DNA from: an uncultured Phycisphaerales bacterium
GTDB lineage: Bacteria; Planctomycetota; Phycisphaerae; Sedimentisphaerales; Anaerobacaceae
Assembly (NCBI GenBank): GCA_963718665.1
Contig: OY970359.1
Coordinates: 2,176,001 to 2,240,000, forward strand
Direction of reading: 5' to 3'
DNA: 64,000 nucleotides
Shown here piece after piece: positions 50,350-60,459 of this stretch. The notes under the pieces are model-generated. The model was not told the origin of the DNA and made no database searches. It saw nothing but the letters and a program-made list of their open reading frames with translations. Positions within the stretch are counted from its first letter, which is position 1. Every line of letters starts with the position of its first letter. Made by a program: the position numbers and the translations under genes.

Positions 50350-51393
50350 ATGCGAAGACGGGACGTTTTGGCGTTGCCGATTCTGGCGGCGGCTGGGGGA
50401 TATAGCTCGAAGATGGCTTGGGCGGAGTCAGGAAAACCAGTGAAAAACGATTTGGTTGAGAAAGCCAAAATCGCGATGCTTTGTATGCAGCGGGCAAGCT
50501 GGGAGCAGGGTGTGGCATCGCATGCGATGATAGAGCAGGGGGAAAAGGACATCGTTGTGCTGATGGGTAAAGAGGCCGTTACCCGCAGGAAAGAAGACGG
50601 GCGGGTGGCGATGCTTGGAACGGAAAGCGCGGTAACCGACCCCGGCTCGAATGGGGCCGCGATTTTGTATGCTTACAAAGTTACCGGTGACTCGAAACTA
50701 AAAGACGCGGCGGACGCGTTATATACATATCTCAAAAAGAGGGCGCCGAGAACTGAAAACGGGGCGATATGTCACGTTACGCCCGGCAAAGAAATCTGGA
50801 GCGACGCGATGTTTATGACGCCGCCGTTTTTGGCTCTTATGGGCGATTTCGAGGAGACAATGCGGCAGGTTGATTGTTACCGGGGATTTTTGTGGAACAA
50901 GGAAAAGAAGCTGTTTTCACATATATGGGATGACAAGAAAAAGGTTTTCAAGCATGAAGCGTGCTGGGGCGGGGGCAACGGCTGGTGCGCGGCGGGAATG
51001 GCGCAGATAATCGATACGCTGCCGAAGGATAAGCAAGATGACCGCAAAAAGCTGATTGGCTATACGGAGGAATTATTGGACGGCTGTATTTCTTTTATGC
51101 GGCCTGACGGGCTGTTTCACGACGTGGTTGACGATACGAATACGTTTGTCGAGACCAATTTGTCGCAGATGCTGGCGTATTCGATTTACAAGGGGGTAAA
51201 GTCCGGCTGGCTGAAAGATAGTTACCTCAAATCGGCGGACAAGATGCGGACGGGCGCACACAGCAAAGTTGACGAGTATGGCGTTGTGCAGGGGGCGTGC
51301 GGCTCGCCGTTGTTTGACCGGTCAGGAACCAGCACCGAGGCGCAGGCATTTTTGCTGATGATGGAAGCGGCATATTCGCGTCTGGCCGGCTGA
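50350..51393 (+). CDS. GH88/GH105 unsaturated glycuronyl hydrolase-like protein with Tat-like signal
   Basis: RRRDVL; IWSDAMFMTPPFL, LFSH, WGGGNGW, ETN. Confidence 0.85.
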   Translation: MRRRDVLALPILAAAGGYSSKMAWAESGKPVKNDLVEKAKIAMLCMQRASWEQGVASHAMIEQGEKDIVVLMGKEAVTRRKEDGRVAMLGTESAVTDPGSNGAAILYAYKVTGDSKLKDAADALYTYLKKRAPRTENGAICHVTPGKEIWSDAMFMTPPFLALMGDFEETMRQVDCYRGFLWNKEKKLFSHIWDDKKKVFKHEACWGGGNGWCAAGMAQIIDTLPKDKQDDRKKLIGYTEELLDGCISFMRPDGLFHDVVDDTNTFVETNLSQMLAYSIYKGVKSGWLKDSYLKSADKMRTGAHSKVDEYGVVQGACGSPLFDRSGTSTEAQAFLLMMEAAYSRLAG

Positions 51394-51663
51394 TATTTTG
51401 CAATAGCCACTCGATGATATTTTTTGTAAAATTTTTCTATCGTAACCACTGCCCCTGTAAGGGCTTACGAATAACAGGCGCAAAATCATTCGTTTTTTTT
51501 CATCAACATTAGCATTGGTCAGTCGCCTTCTGATATAGAAGCAGGAGAACTATGTTTATGACACTACCCAAAGTTCCAGAAATAGTCGCAATTCGGCAAG
51601 TTCAAGTAAACGCCGGTCAACACCCCACAAATGTATACGCAGGATTTATCGGAGGAAACCCCA

Positions 51664-53436
51664 ATGGCTAAAAGAATCATTCTAATCTCATCATTTCCCA
51701 TTTGCGTCGTTCTTGTGATTATTGCCCTTATTTTGGCAGGCGTCGGACACGGACAACCGGCAAGTACCCCTGCAAACATTGAACAGGCAAAATCACAGAC
51801 TATCTCATCGGTTAATTTGGGCAAATTAGATGACGCTAATACAGCGATTGATAAGCTTATCGCCGGCTATGCCAATAATGCGAATTCGGCCTCGACCCTT
51901 GCGGATGCCGCAAACCAGTGCGCCTGGGACAGAAATTACGATGGCGCCAATAGGTTATACCGTGCAGTTGTTGATAAAGAGCCGAATAATCCAATGTCGG
52001 TTAAGGCCCGTTTAGGTTTGGCCCGGCTGAATGCCCTTACGCTTATTGAAGAAAAGAACTATCCTCCTGCTCAGCAGCAGGCCGATTCTATGGCCGTTGA
52101 TTTCAACAGCGAATCGGACCTCCCGGTGGCATTATTTCATATCGGCAAGGAATTTACCTGGCAGCACAGATATAGCGAGGCAAAAGACGCTCTTGCCCAC
52201 ATAGATAATAACTCCCTGTCTGATTCATTTTCAAAAGAGGTTCAATTGTGGACGGCAAGGGCGAATGTCTGCTCGCTTATCAACAAGACAACCGATACAG
52301 AGGTCGTTGCCGCAATAGATAAGCTGATGACTGATTTTGCGGGCGATTCGGGCTTGGCGGAGGCGGTTTACTGGATAAGCAAGGAATATGAGTGGAAAAA
52401 AGGCACATCGATTAACAGGGCGGGCTGGTACGACACGCCCAACAGCGTATATCAGAAAATAATGCAGGAGTTCAGCGATACGCCTTATGGTCAGGAGGCG
52501 GAATGGGACCAGAAGCGATTGGCATACCGGATGAAAATCTTCAAATTGATACAGGAGCCGAATCAGGCCGCAACGGATGCCGCGATTGAAACTATGATAA
52601 CTGACCTTAAAGGCAGACCTGAGCTTGCGGGTGAACTTTACTGGATTGCCTGCGGCTACGAAGAGCGGCCGGATAAAGGTTCACAGGCAGAGCAGATGTA
52701 CGCCCGGATAGTAAATGATTGCCCGGGAACGGACGAGGCGGACAGGGCCGTTCTCGATGTCCGGCGAAGGATTTTTAGCGACGTTCTCGATTCAGGCGAC
52801 GTAAATTCGGCTTATACACTGCTGGACAATTTTATCGCTGACTTCAAACAGAATCTCTACGCCGGCGACTGCCTGGGCCGGGTTACTATGGGTTGTTATA
52901 AGAAGGCAGAGGAGCTTAGGGACCAGAATCAGCCGGATAAGGCAATGCTGTATCACCAGGTATGCGCGAATGTATGGGAGCGGATACAAAACAACAGTCT
53001 GCCGATTACCAGCGACCTCGTGTATTTGTACTTCTACGTTGCCATTAATTATCACGAAATGCACAGGTGGACGGATGCTATCAATAATTATCAAAAAGTC
53101 CTCGACAACTGGCCTGATTTTGAACACGCCTGCGGGATACAGGCGGCAATCGGCGGCTGTTACGAAAAGCTTAGAGATAAGGAAGGAGTTCCGAAAGAAG
53201 GGGTAAATCCTTTAATAGAGGATGCCTACATAGCAATTTTGACTAATTACCCCAACTGTTATGCAATTAAAAATGCGGCATATAAACTTGCCGGGATCAT
53301 GCTGGAAAAAGGTGATAAGGCCTCTGCTGCGAAGTATTATAAGAAGTTCCTTGAAACAGCCAGACCTAATGATGACCGTCTTGCACCTGTTAAAGCCAAA
53401 CTTGCCGAATTGACCGCCGAAGGAGGGAACAACTAA
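51664..53436 (+). CDS. Exported TPR-repeat protein
   Basis: Signal or TM segment, repeated helical units (AIDKL..DF, Y.K....P); RBS GGAGG. Confidence 0.8.
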   Translation: MAKRIILISSFPICVVLVIIALILAGVGHGQPASTPANIEQAKSQTISSVNLGKLDDANTAIDKLIAGYANNANSASTLADAANQCAWDRNYDGANRLYRAVVDKEPNNPMSVKARLGLARLNALTLIEEKNYPPAQQQADSMAVDFNSESDLPVALFHIGKEFTWQHRYSEAKDALAHIDNNSLSDSFSKEVQLWTARANVCSLINKTTDTEVVAAIDKLMTDFAGDSGLAEAVYWISKEYEWKKGTSINRAGWYDTPNSVYQKIMQEFSDTPYGQEAEWDQKRLAYRMKIFKLIQEPNQAATDAAIETMITDLKGRPELAGELYWIACGYEERPDKGSQAEQMYARIVNDCPGTDEADRAVLDVRRRIFSDVLDSGDVNSAYTLLDNFIADFKQNLYAGDCLGRVTMGCYKKAEELRDQNQPDKAMLYHQVCANVWERIQNNSLPITSDLVYLYFYVAINYHEMHRWTDAINNYQKVLDNWPDFEHACGIQAAIGGCYEKLRDKEGVPKEGVNPLIEDAYIAILTNYPNCYAIKNAAYKLAGIMLEKGDKASAAKYYKKFLETARPNDDRLAPVKAKLAELTAEGGNN

Positions 53437-54398
53437 TGATAATGCTGCTTACAAAAAAGACCTTATGGACGTATATTATTACAAGCATGGTTTTATTTAT
53501 AACAATACTTGTTAATGATGCCTTCGGTGTTGGTGGTGGTGGTGGCCATCCGCCTTGCCCGGTATGCTATAGCTGGGGTTATGATGATGTCTTGGATGAG
53601 TGGGGATGTTATATTTGGACCTGCGGTAATCAACAGTGTTGCAACGGAACATGTTTTGACCCTAGTACCACGGGATGCTGTAACGGCGTAACCTATGACC
53701 TTAGTTCCCAGGCATGTTGCGGCGGGGCGATTCAGACTAAAGGCGGCTGTATGGGTTGCGTAAATGATAACTGGGTGTATACCTGTGGCGCATGCCAAAC
53801 CTGCGTAGATGGTAACTGCAAATCTTGCAATGAAGCAGATCCGAATAAAGATTGCTGTAACGGCGCATGCTATGACCCCGCAACCCAGGGATGCTGTAAC
53901 GGTGAAATCTATGACAAAAGTACTCAGCAGTGCTGTTACGATACTCCAGATGGCTCTGGCTATATATGTGATAATATCATAATCAACGGAACCTGCTGCG
54001 CGGGAACGTGCTGCCCCCCAGACCAATGTTGCGATAGACCTGCAGTCGGCCCCCCTGGCTGCACACAAAGGTGCACTAATAGTGGACAGTGCGATTACGG
54101 AACACTACCGGAAAATCCGGGCTTTAGTTGTGGGAACGAGGACCCCAAAAGCGGTGGACTTTGCGCAAAGGGCGTAGCGGGAGCTGTTTGTGCTTACAAT
54201 TCATTTATAGCAACTAACTGCGATGCACAGTGTGCCAGTTGTTCGCCGGGATGTCCTTCAAACTATGTCTGTGCCTGTAGAGTAACAACTCCATTTTATT
54301 GCACACAACATTGTTATATTCTTGTATGCCAATGCACGTGCGATCCATGTGAAGGAGATATACAGAGAATAGGTCTCCATTATGAGTGTGCACCATAA
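53436..54398 (+). CDS. Secreted cysteine-rich protein with CCNG (galaxin-like) repeats
   Basis: Signal peptide; about 50 Cys in 320 aa; duplicated CCNGxCxDPxTxGCCNG unit; TAATG stop/start overlap. Confidence 0.8.
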   Translation: MIMLLTKKTLWTYIITSMVLFITILVNDAFGVGGGGGHPPCPVCYSWGYDDVLDEWGCYIWTCGNQQCCNGTCFDPSTTGCCNGVTYDLSSQACCGGAIQTKGGCMGCVNDNWVYTCGACQTCVDGNCKSCNEADPNKDCCNGACYDPATQGCCNGEIYDKSTQQCCYDTPDGSGYICDNIIINGTCCAGTCCPPDQCCDRPAVGPPGCTQRCTNSGQCDYGTLPENPGFSCGNEDPKSGGLCAKGVAGAVCAYNSFIATNCDAQCASCSPGCPSNYVCACRVTTPFYCTQHCYILVCQCTCDPCEGDIQRIGLHYECAP

Positions 54399-54454
54399 AG
54401 TTCACCTTTTTTTGGCAGAAAAATGAAAATTTTAATTTAAGGAGCGTATGAATT

Positions 54455-55549
54455 ATGAATAATCTAAGGTTTTGGTTTTTTCTTTTGACTTTTCTATACC
54501 TAATCAGAATGGTTAGTGCCGAAGAAACAGCTTCTGAATTATCGATAGAGGAGTTGAAGTTTGTGGCGCAATCGATGAAAGCAGAGGAGAATTCTCTACT
54601 CAATGTTCGTATCGATTCAAACGCATGGGTGGAACAAGGACCGACCTCGTCAGGACCTTGGGAACAAACACCTCTCTGTTTCTCAACAACCGCATTCTTT
54701 GGAGATATCTCAAGTGGGAAAGCAAGGATTGATTTCCATAAAGAAATTGCGCAATGGGAGAACGGTGCTGCACCATACATCGAGGAAAGATACTCCGTTA
54801 GTTATGATGGTGTCCAGGCCAGACGTAAAGAAATTTCAACCTCTTACGATGGGAATACTTTTGAGAGAAATAGCGGGGAGATTTCATTGGAAGCACCGGT
54901 ACAATTAATAGGTTGTGGTCGTATAACGGGCATAGAAGCTTCTTTATTTTTTTATTACCGCAATATGCCTGCGCCATTTCCAAAAAGATTTTCATCTAAT
55001 TTTGATGCCGCTGCCGATCCAAATTCTTTTATGTCTGCTCTTGCTGCCTCCAACCCTAAATATTTAAACGTTGAGCCCCTCAAGCATGAAATAGTTTTTG
55101 AGAAATTTGGAGATATCCAGTGTATCAAGGCAACTTGTATGGGAAATGGATTAACACAAAGATGGTGGCTTGACCCAAATCGAGGTTTCGCCTTGTTGAA
55201 GTTTGAAGATTTGCGGATGGGCAAGGATGGAAATGAGCAGATATCTTCTTCGATAAATGTGACAAAACTCAAAGAAGTGGCTAAAGATATATGGTGGCCA
55301 ATGGAGGCCTATTTTATAGATCCCTCTCACAATACAGATAAACCTTGGAAACGTATCGTCTATCAAGCTTCAGATGTCATTGTAAATGACCCAAATTTTG
55401 ATAGCAAGGTTTTCGCTCTTACTTTCCCCAAGGGTTACAGGGTCGACGACAAAGTAGCAGAAAAGACCTATGTAGTTGATGCAAATCTTGCGATGATCGC
55501 AGAGCCAAACTATAAACCAAAGTTCAAAACAATCCGCATAGGTGAGTGA
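54455..55549 (+). CDS. Exported hypothetical protein, possibly a LolA-like beta-fold
   Basis: Signal peptide; beta-rich with WLDPNRGF, IWWP and VND...F..TFPKGYRVDD patterns. Confidence 0.6.
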   Translation: MNNLRFWFFLLTFLYLIRMVSAEETASELSIEELKFVAQSMKAEENSLLNVRIDSNAWVEQGPTSSGPWEQTPLCFSTTAFFGDISSGKARIDFHKEIAQWENGAAPYIEERYSVSYDGVQARRKEISTSYDGNTFERNSGEISLEAPVQLIGCGRITGIEASLFFYYRNMPAPFPKRFSSNFDAAADPNSFMSALAASNPKYLNVEPLKHEIVFEKFGDIQCIKATCMGNGLTQRWWLDPNRGFALLKFEDLRMGKDGNEQISSSINVTKLKEVAKDIWWPMEAYFIDPSHNTDKPWKRIVYQASDVIVNDPNFDSKVFALTFPKGYRVDDKVAEKTYVVDANLAMIAEPNYKPKFKTIRIGE

Positions 55550-55582
55550 CACACAAAAATGACGGCGGATAAAATAACTTAA

Positions 55583-55608
55583 CTCCAACTGGCCGGATTT
55601 GAACCCGC
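55583..55608 (-). other. tRNA 3'-end-like fragment (possible att remnant)
   Basis: GGTTCAAATCCGGCCAGTTGGAG: T-loop plus acceptor-like 3' strand, with no upstream tRNA body. Confidence 0.4.
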
Positions 55609-55905
55609 CTCCGGTGTACGGGGGGATATTTCTGCAATTATTTAAGAGTTGCGTTCTTTTTTGCGACGGTTCCGGTTTGTCTGTCGATTTTAAGCCCCTA
55701 ATTTTCCCCGGGGGGTAAACGATATTTTTCCGGTGTTCGAAAAAAAGCCCCAAAGTCATACCAAAAGAGCAGCACAAAATAGTTGACAAGGGACGGCGGC
55801 GGTGATAGTTTTGTAAACGGTAAAAATTTGTGGCCCCATTCTGTGAAGGATTATGTGGGGTGGTTGGCGTTTATGGAGAAAAACCTTTTGTTAGGAGGTC
55901 GAAGA

Positions 55906-57168
55906 ATGGAATCTTATTTGAGATTTTCAATTATTGTTCTTGTGGCAGCGATTTGTCTGCCTGCTATTGCGGCACAGCCGGGTAATACCGCCCAAGTTGG
56001 TGTGGCTCCGGCGGCAGAAGCCAATGCCCTGAATCTGCCTGCGTTTCCGTTCCTGGCGGGGATAACGAGCGACGACGTGTATATTCGGTCAGGCCCGGGC
56101 ACCCAGTATTATAATTGCGGCAAGGTCAGGAAAGACGACAAGGTCAAGGTCGTCGGCAACAAGTTCAGCTGGCTTCAAATAGTTCCGCCGGCGGGCAGTT
56201 ATTCCTGGATTTCAAAGCAATACGTCCAGATTGACCCGCAGAATAATACGAGCGGAACGGTGATTGGGGAAGCGGTTCGCGTTTACGCCGGGTCGGACGA
56301 GGTTCAGCCGATGCACTCTACGTCTATGCAGGTTAAGCTCAACAAGGGCGATAAAATAACCATAGTAGGCGAGGAAAAAGACGGTTACTGCAAGATAGCC
56401 CCTCCTGAGGGAGCATATTTGTGGGTTAGCAGCCAGAATGCCAAACCTCTTGGAACGCTGATGGCTCCGACTCCTGCAGCGACGACGACCTCGGCGGCAA
56501 TGCCGACCACGGCGCATCCTATGCCGGCGTCGCCTTTCCCGACGAATCCGGGAGAATTAAAAGCGCCGGTTTCTTCACCAAATGAGCCGAATACGCCTTC
56601 GCCGACTCCTGTTGTTACAATAGAAGAGCAGAGAATGGGTGAGGTGCAGGCCCTCAAGGAAAAAGTTGAAGCAGAGCGTGCAAAACCGGCAGCAGACCAG
56701 AACTTCGCTGAGCTGAAGAAGGCGATTGCCGTTATTGCAGACGACAAGCAAAGCCCCAGGGCGGCACGCAGCGCGGCTGGATTATTGAAGACGATTGAGA
56801 AGTGCGAACTTTCGCTGGAGGTCGCCAATGCGATAAAGGTTCAGGAAGACCAGTTCACCAAGACCCAGCAAAAAATAGAAGGCGCAAAGAACGAAGGGCT
56901 TTCGAAGATTGAGGACAAGGGCATCTTCGCGGCTATAGGCACGCTTAAGGAATCGCCCCTGTTTGCAGAGACGCCCGGCGCGAAGTATTACAAAGTTATT
57001 GACGGGAATGGCAAGACGTTGTGTTATGCCAGACCTGCCGGCTCGGCTGCGGATACGGATTTGAGCAAATTTATCGATAAAAAAGTCGGGCTTGTCGGGA
57101 CAATTGAAGCGAATGCCGACCTCGGCGAAGCGGTAGTTCTCTTCACGAATATACTGGAAATCCAGTAA
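55906..57168 (+). CDS. Exported SH3-domain protein with Pro/Thr linker
   Basis: VYIRSGPG, WLQIVPP..SWIS, second SH3 IAPPEGAYLWVS; RBS AGGAGG; promoter TTGACA-N17-TAGTTT at 55783. Confidence 0.85.
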   Translation: MESYLRFSIIVLVAAICLPAIAAQPGNTAQVGVAPAAEANALNLPAFPFLAGITSDDVYIRSGPGTQYYNCGKVRKDDKVKVVGNKFSWLQIVPPAGSYSWISKQYVQIDPQNNTSGTVIGEAVRVYAGSDEVQPMHSTSMQVKLNKGDKITIVGEEKDGYCKIAPPEGAYLWVSSQNAKPLGTLMAPTPAATTTSAAMPTTAHPMPASPFPTNPGELKAPVSSPNEPNTPSPTPVVTIEEQRMGEVQALKEKVEAERAKPAADQNFAELKKAIAVIADDKQSPRAARSAAGLLKTIEKCELSLEVANAIKVQEDQFTKTQQKIEGAKNEGLSKIEDKGIFAAIGTLKESPLFAETPGAKYYKVIDGNGKTLCYARPAGSAADTDLSKFIDKKVGLVGTIEANADLGEAVVLFTNILEIQ

Positions 57169-57429
57169 AAAGCCGGAATAAAAAAGGGAGACACGGCGAT
57201 TTATAATCGTTTTTGTCACCCGTCTCCCTGCTGCATCGTGTCTGTTTTTCCCGTTTTAACGGGGTCGGCGGATAACGCCTGTTTGCACGTGCAACAAAAT
57301 TATAGTAGCAAAAATGCCCTGCCAAGTCAAGCAAAACCTGCGTCAAAAGGTGTTGTTTTTGCGGAGGAGAAGGTTTTAGAGGGGGAAATAATATCTAAAA
57401 GAAGCGAATTAATGCCGGGCTGTTTTTGG

Positions 57430-57458
57430 TTGTAAAAAACAAGACCATTCTTTATACT
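57430..57458 (+). promoter_or_regulatory. sigma70 promoter
   Basis: TTGTAA-N17-TATACT. Confidence 0.6.
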
Positions 57459-57505
57459 TGTGCAACTTTGAAAAAACCGTTGGTTAGCATTTTCGGAGCA
57501 ACAAA

Positions 57506-59785
57506 ATGACTTTGATGGTATGGTTTCGCAAGCACAACCGCAAAATAATGGCCTTTGTAGTCATTGCGCTGATGATTGTTTTTACAATTGAGCCGCTGAT
57601 GAATTACTTCAGCTCGGCAACGACGGGCCAGGGAAAGGTAATCGCCTATTACGGCAACGGCAAGAAGATAACCAGGCAGGACGTGGCTTTGGCTAATCAG
57701 CAGATAGAGGCGTTAAAGGCACTGGGCCTGGAATCGGTGCTTAGGCCTGTGGATCCGCGTCAAATGTCTTCGCAGGATATGAGGTCAATTTTACTTGGGG
57801 AATTGATTTTCCCTGAGCGTTCCGCCGCCGTCGAATCAATCGGCCGGATAAAGCAAATTGCCACTCTGGACGACTACGGAGTGTCGGATAATCAGATAAA
57901 TGAAATCTACACCAAGCAATATCCTCCCAGCATATACTGGGTTTTACTGACAAAGGAAGCCGAGGAGGCCGGGATAAAGACATCAACTGAGCGAGCGAAA
58001 GAGCAGCTCGAAGTGGTTATACCGCGGATATTCCAGGGAAGGAGCTATGGCCAGATTATCAGCGCGATAGAAAAACAATACCGGCTTTCCGAAGAGCAGG
58101 TACTCGAGGCGTTTGCTGATATGAGTTCGATTGTCAATTACTGTGGTGTGGTATGCTTGATGGAGAGTACAACCATACCGCAGATTCTCCACCAGACAAA
58201 CCTTCACCGGGAAACGCTCGACGTCAATTACGTTGTGTTTGAGGCAGGCACGTTCAAGGATGAGTCGTTCAAGCCGGAAGCGAATAAGGTTGCGGAACAG
58301 TTCGCCAAATATAAAGGGTATTTCGCAGGCGAGCCGGACAAGGATAATCCGTACGGTTTTGGCTATAAGCTTCCCGAGCGGGTTTGTCTTGAGTATATAG
58401 CCGTTCGGCTGGATGATATTGCCGCGACAATCAAGCCATTGACGCAGCAGGAAACTGAAGATTATTACCAGCAGCATTCATCACAGCCGCCTATTGCATA
58501 CAGGGATTATTCGGATCCGAACGACCCCAATTCCGGCGTAGTGGTGAAAACCCACAGCTATGTGGAAGTGGCGTCGCAGATATCGAAACGGCTTTACCAG
58601 GAGAGGGTTGATTCAAAAGCTGAAAAGATATTAGCCGACGCCAAGTCGCTTACTGAAATCAATTTGTCCGGGATGGATGCTGAACAGGGGAAGCTGACAG
58701 ACGAGCAGTTCAAGAAGGCGGCTGTTGATTATACGAAAGTGGCGGCGGAATTGACTGAAAAACACAAAGTCCGGGTTTACGCCGGCAGGACGGGCTTTTT
58801 GAGCGTGTCTGATATTCAGAGCGACAAGAATTTCAGCTCGCTTTACGCTGGCGGCGCCGGCGTGGCGGAGGCCTCACTTGTGCGAGTGCTGTTCGCGATA
58901 GACCAGTTGAAGGTCAGCGAGCTTGGCCCGATGGATATTAAGGCGCCGCGACTTTATGAAAATATTGGCCCGTTGAAGGACGCACAGGAGATGAGCACGG
59001 AGGGCTACAAAGGCAAAAATATGATGCTGGTGCGGGTTGTCGCGGCTGAAAAGGCCGCCGAGCCGAAAAGTATAGATGAAAGGATTGACAGACACGGCAT
59101 ACAATTTGAACAGGATGGCTCGGCACGTGCGGATTCGAACACTATAAGAGAAATTATAACCAATGACCTTAAACTGCTTGCGGCGATGGATAAGACCAAA
59201 ACCAGGGCGCAAGAGTTTGTTACATTGACGACAACGGCCGGGTGGAAGGTAGCAGTCCAACGGTTTAATACGCTTTACGGCAAAAACGCGGGCGATTCCA
59301 ATACGACACCAGTTAAAGACCGGCCTTTCGTATTGAACAAACGAAGCGGGCTTCACAGGATAGATACACAGGAGATTGAAAAGGTAAAGGCCCGTGCGCA
59401 GGGCAATCCGCTGGCCAGAATGATTCTCGACAGGACAATACGGGAAGGGTCGCTTATGGACAAGGTATTCGCCCTTATACCCCAGGATAGTAATACGCTG
59501 GCCAAACAGGGGGAAATAATGGAGTTCAAACCGGGAATGTGCTATTACTGCATCGAGAGCGCGACTATTCACCGGCTTTATCAGGAGGTATTTGATGTTA
59601 CCAAGGCGTCGGAGGTTGTCAGGGACGAATACGCTGATTCTCAGGCGTTGGCTGTATCGCATTACAGCCCCAAAAACATAGTCAATCGTATGAAGTATGT
59701 TCAAATAAAAGAGCAGCAGGATGTGAATACGCCGAAGGCCGAGCCGAATGCGGTTCCTGCTGATATTAATCGAGCGGGTAAATAA
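57506..59785 (+). CDS. Membrane-anchored periplasmic protein, PpiD/SurA-like chaperone candidate
   Basis: WFRKHNRKIM plus TM start; PERVCLEYI and EDYYQQH motifs resemble PpiD. Confidence 0.55.
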   Translation: MTLMVWFRKHNRKIMAFVVIALMIVFTIEPLMNYFSSATTGQGKVIAYYGNGKKITRQDVALANQQIEALKALGLESVLRPVDPRQMSSQDMRSILLGELIFPERSAAVESIGRIKQIATLDDYGVSDNQINEIYTKQYPPSIYWVLLTKEAEEAGIKTSTERAKEQLEVVIPRIFQGRSYGQIISAIEKQYRLSEEQVLEAFADMSSIVNYCGVVCLMESTTIPQILHQTNLHRETLDVNYVVFEAGTFKDESFKPEANKVAEQFAKYKGYFAGEPDKDNPYGFGYKLPERVCLEYIAVRLDDIAATIKPLTQQETEDYYQQHSSQPPIAYRDYSDPNDPNSGVVVKTHSYVEVASQISKRLYQERVDSKAEKILADAKSLTEINLSGMDAEQGKLTDEQFKKAAVDYTKVAAELTEKHKVRVYAGRTGFLSVSDIQSDKNFSSLYAGGAGVAEASLVRVLFAIDQLKVSELGPMDIKAPRLYENIGPLKDAQEMSTEGYKGKNMMLVRVVAAEKAAEPKSIDERIDRHGIQFEQDGSARADSNTIREIITNDLKLLAAMDKTKTRAQEFVTLTTTAGWKVAVQRFNTLYGKNAGDSNTTPVKDRPFVLNKRSGLHRIDTQEIEKVKARAQGNPLARMILDRTIREGSLMDKVFALIPQDSNTLAKQGEIMEFKPGMCYYCIESATIHRLYQEVFDVTKASEVVRDEYADSQALAVSHYSPKNIVNRMKYVQIKEQQDVNTPKAEPNAVPADINRAGK

Positions 59786-59787
59786 CG

Positions 59788-60192
59788 GTGTCGTACCATA
59801 AAACAGAGGGAAATCCTTGGCCGCTGATGTTTCTGGTGGCGCTGGCGGGATGGTTTTTGCCGGGCGGCGGATACCTCGTGCTTAAAGAGACGAGCCGCGC
59901 ACTGATAATATTTGTAACGATAGTCGCAATTTTTGCGGCAGGTCTTTATATCGGCTCGATAGGCGTAGTTGACCCATTCGGAGCCAGGTTGTGGTATATA
60001 GTGCAGATGGCCAATTCACCGCTGGTGGCGATTATCGGGTCTTATACCAGGGGCGGCGGCTTCCCAGTTTTTGGCAGGCCTAATGAAATGGGCCAGATAT
60101 ATACCAGCACTTCAGGCCTGCTTAACCTGCTCTGTATAGTCAACGCGGTATATATGGCATATCTCCGCAAGACGCAGGATGAGGAGCAATAA
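59788..60192 (+). CDS. DUF6677-like membrane protein
   Basis: WFLPGGGY and EMGQIYTSTSGLLNLLCIV motifs. Confidence 0.7.
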   Translation: MSYHKTEGNPWPLMFLVALAGWFLPGGGYLVLKETSRALIIFVTIVAIFAAGLYIGSIGVVDPFGARLWYIVQMANSPLVAIIGSYTRGGGFPVFGRPNEMGQIYTSTSGLLNLLCIVNAVYMAYLRKTQDEEQ

Positions 60193-60194
60193 AT

Positions 60195-60446
60195 ATGCTG
60201 GCTCTTGCGGCTGATATTATGGCGCAGTTCAGGGTCCCCGAGGAGATTGGGACTAATCCGCGGTCATTGTTGCTGGTGTTGCCCCTCTTGGCGGCAATAG
60301 CGGTGGTATATAAGGCAACAAAGGTGCCAAAAGTTACAGTGGGCAACTTTCTTAAAGAAACCATACTGTTGTTCGGCTCGATATTTGTCTTTATGGTGGT
60401 AACGGCGCTGGTGTTGGCGGCTGTCGCCTGGCTGATTATTGGGTAA
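60195..60446 (+). CDS. Small two-TM membrane protein
   Basis: LPLLAAIAVVYKATK motif; RBS GAGGAG. Confidence 0.7.
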   Translation: MLALAADIMAQFRVPEEIGTNPRSLLLVLPLLAAIAVVYKATKVPKVTVGNFLKETILLFGSIFVFMVVTALVLAAVAWLIIG

Positions 60447-60459
60447 TATAAACACAGTT

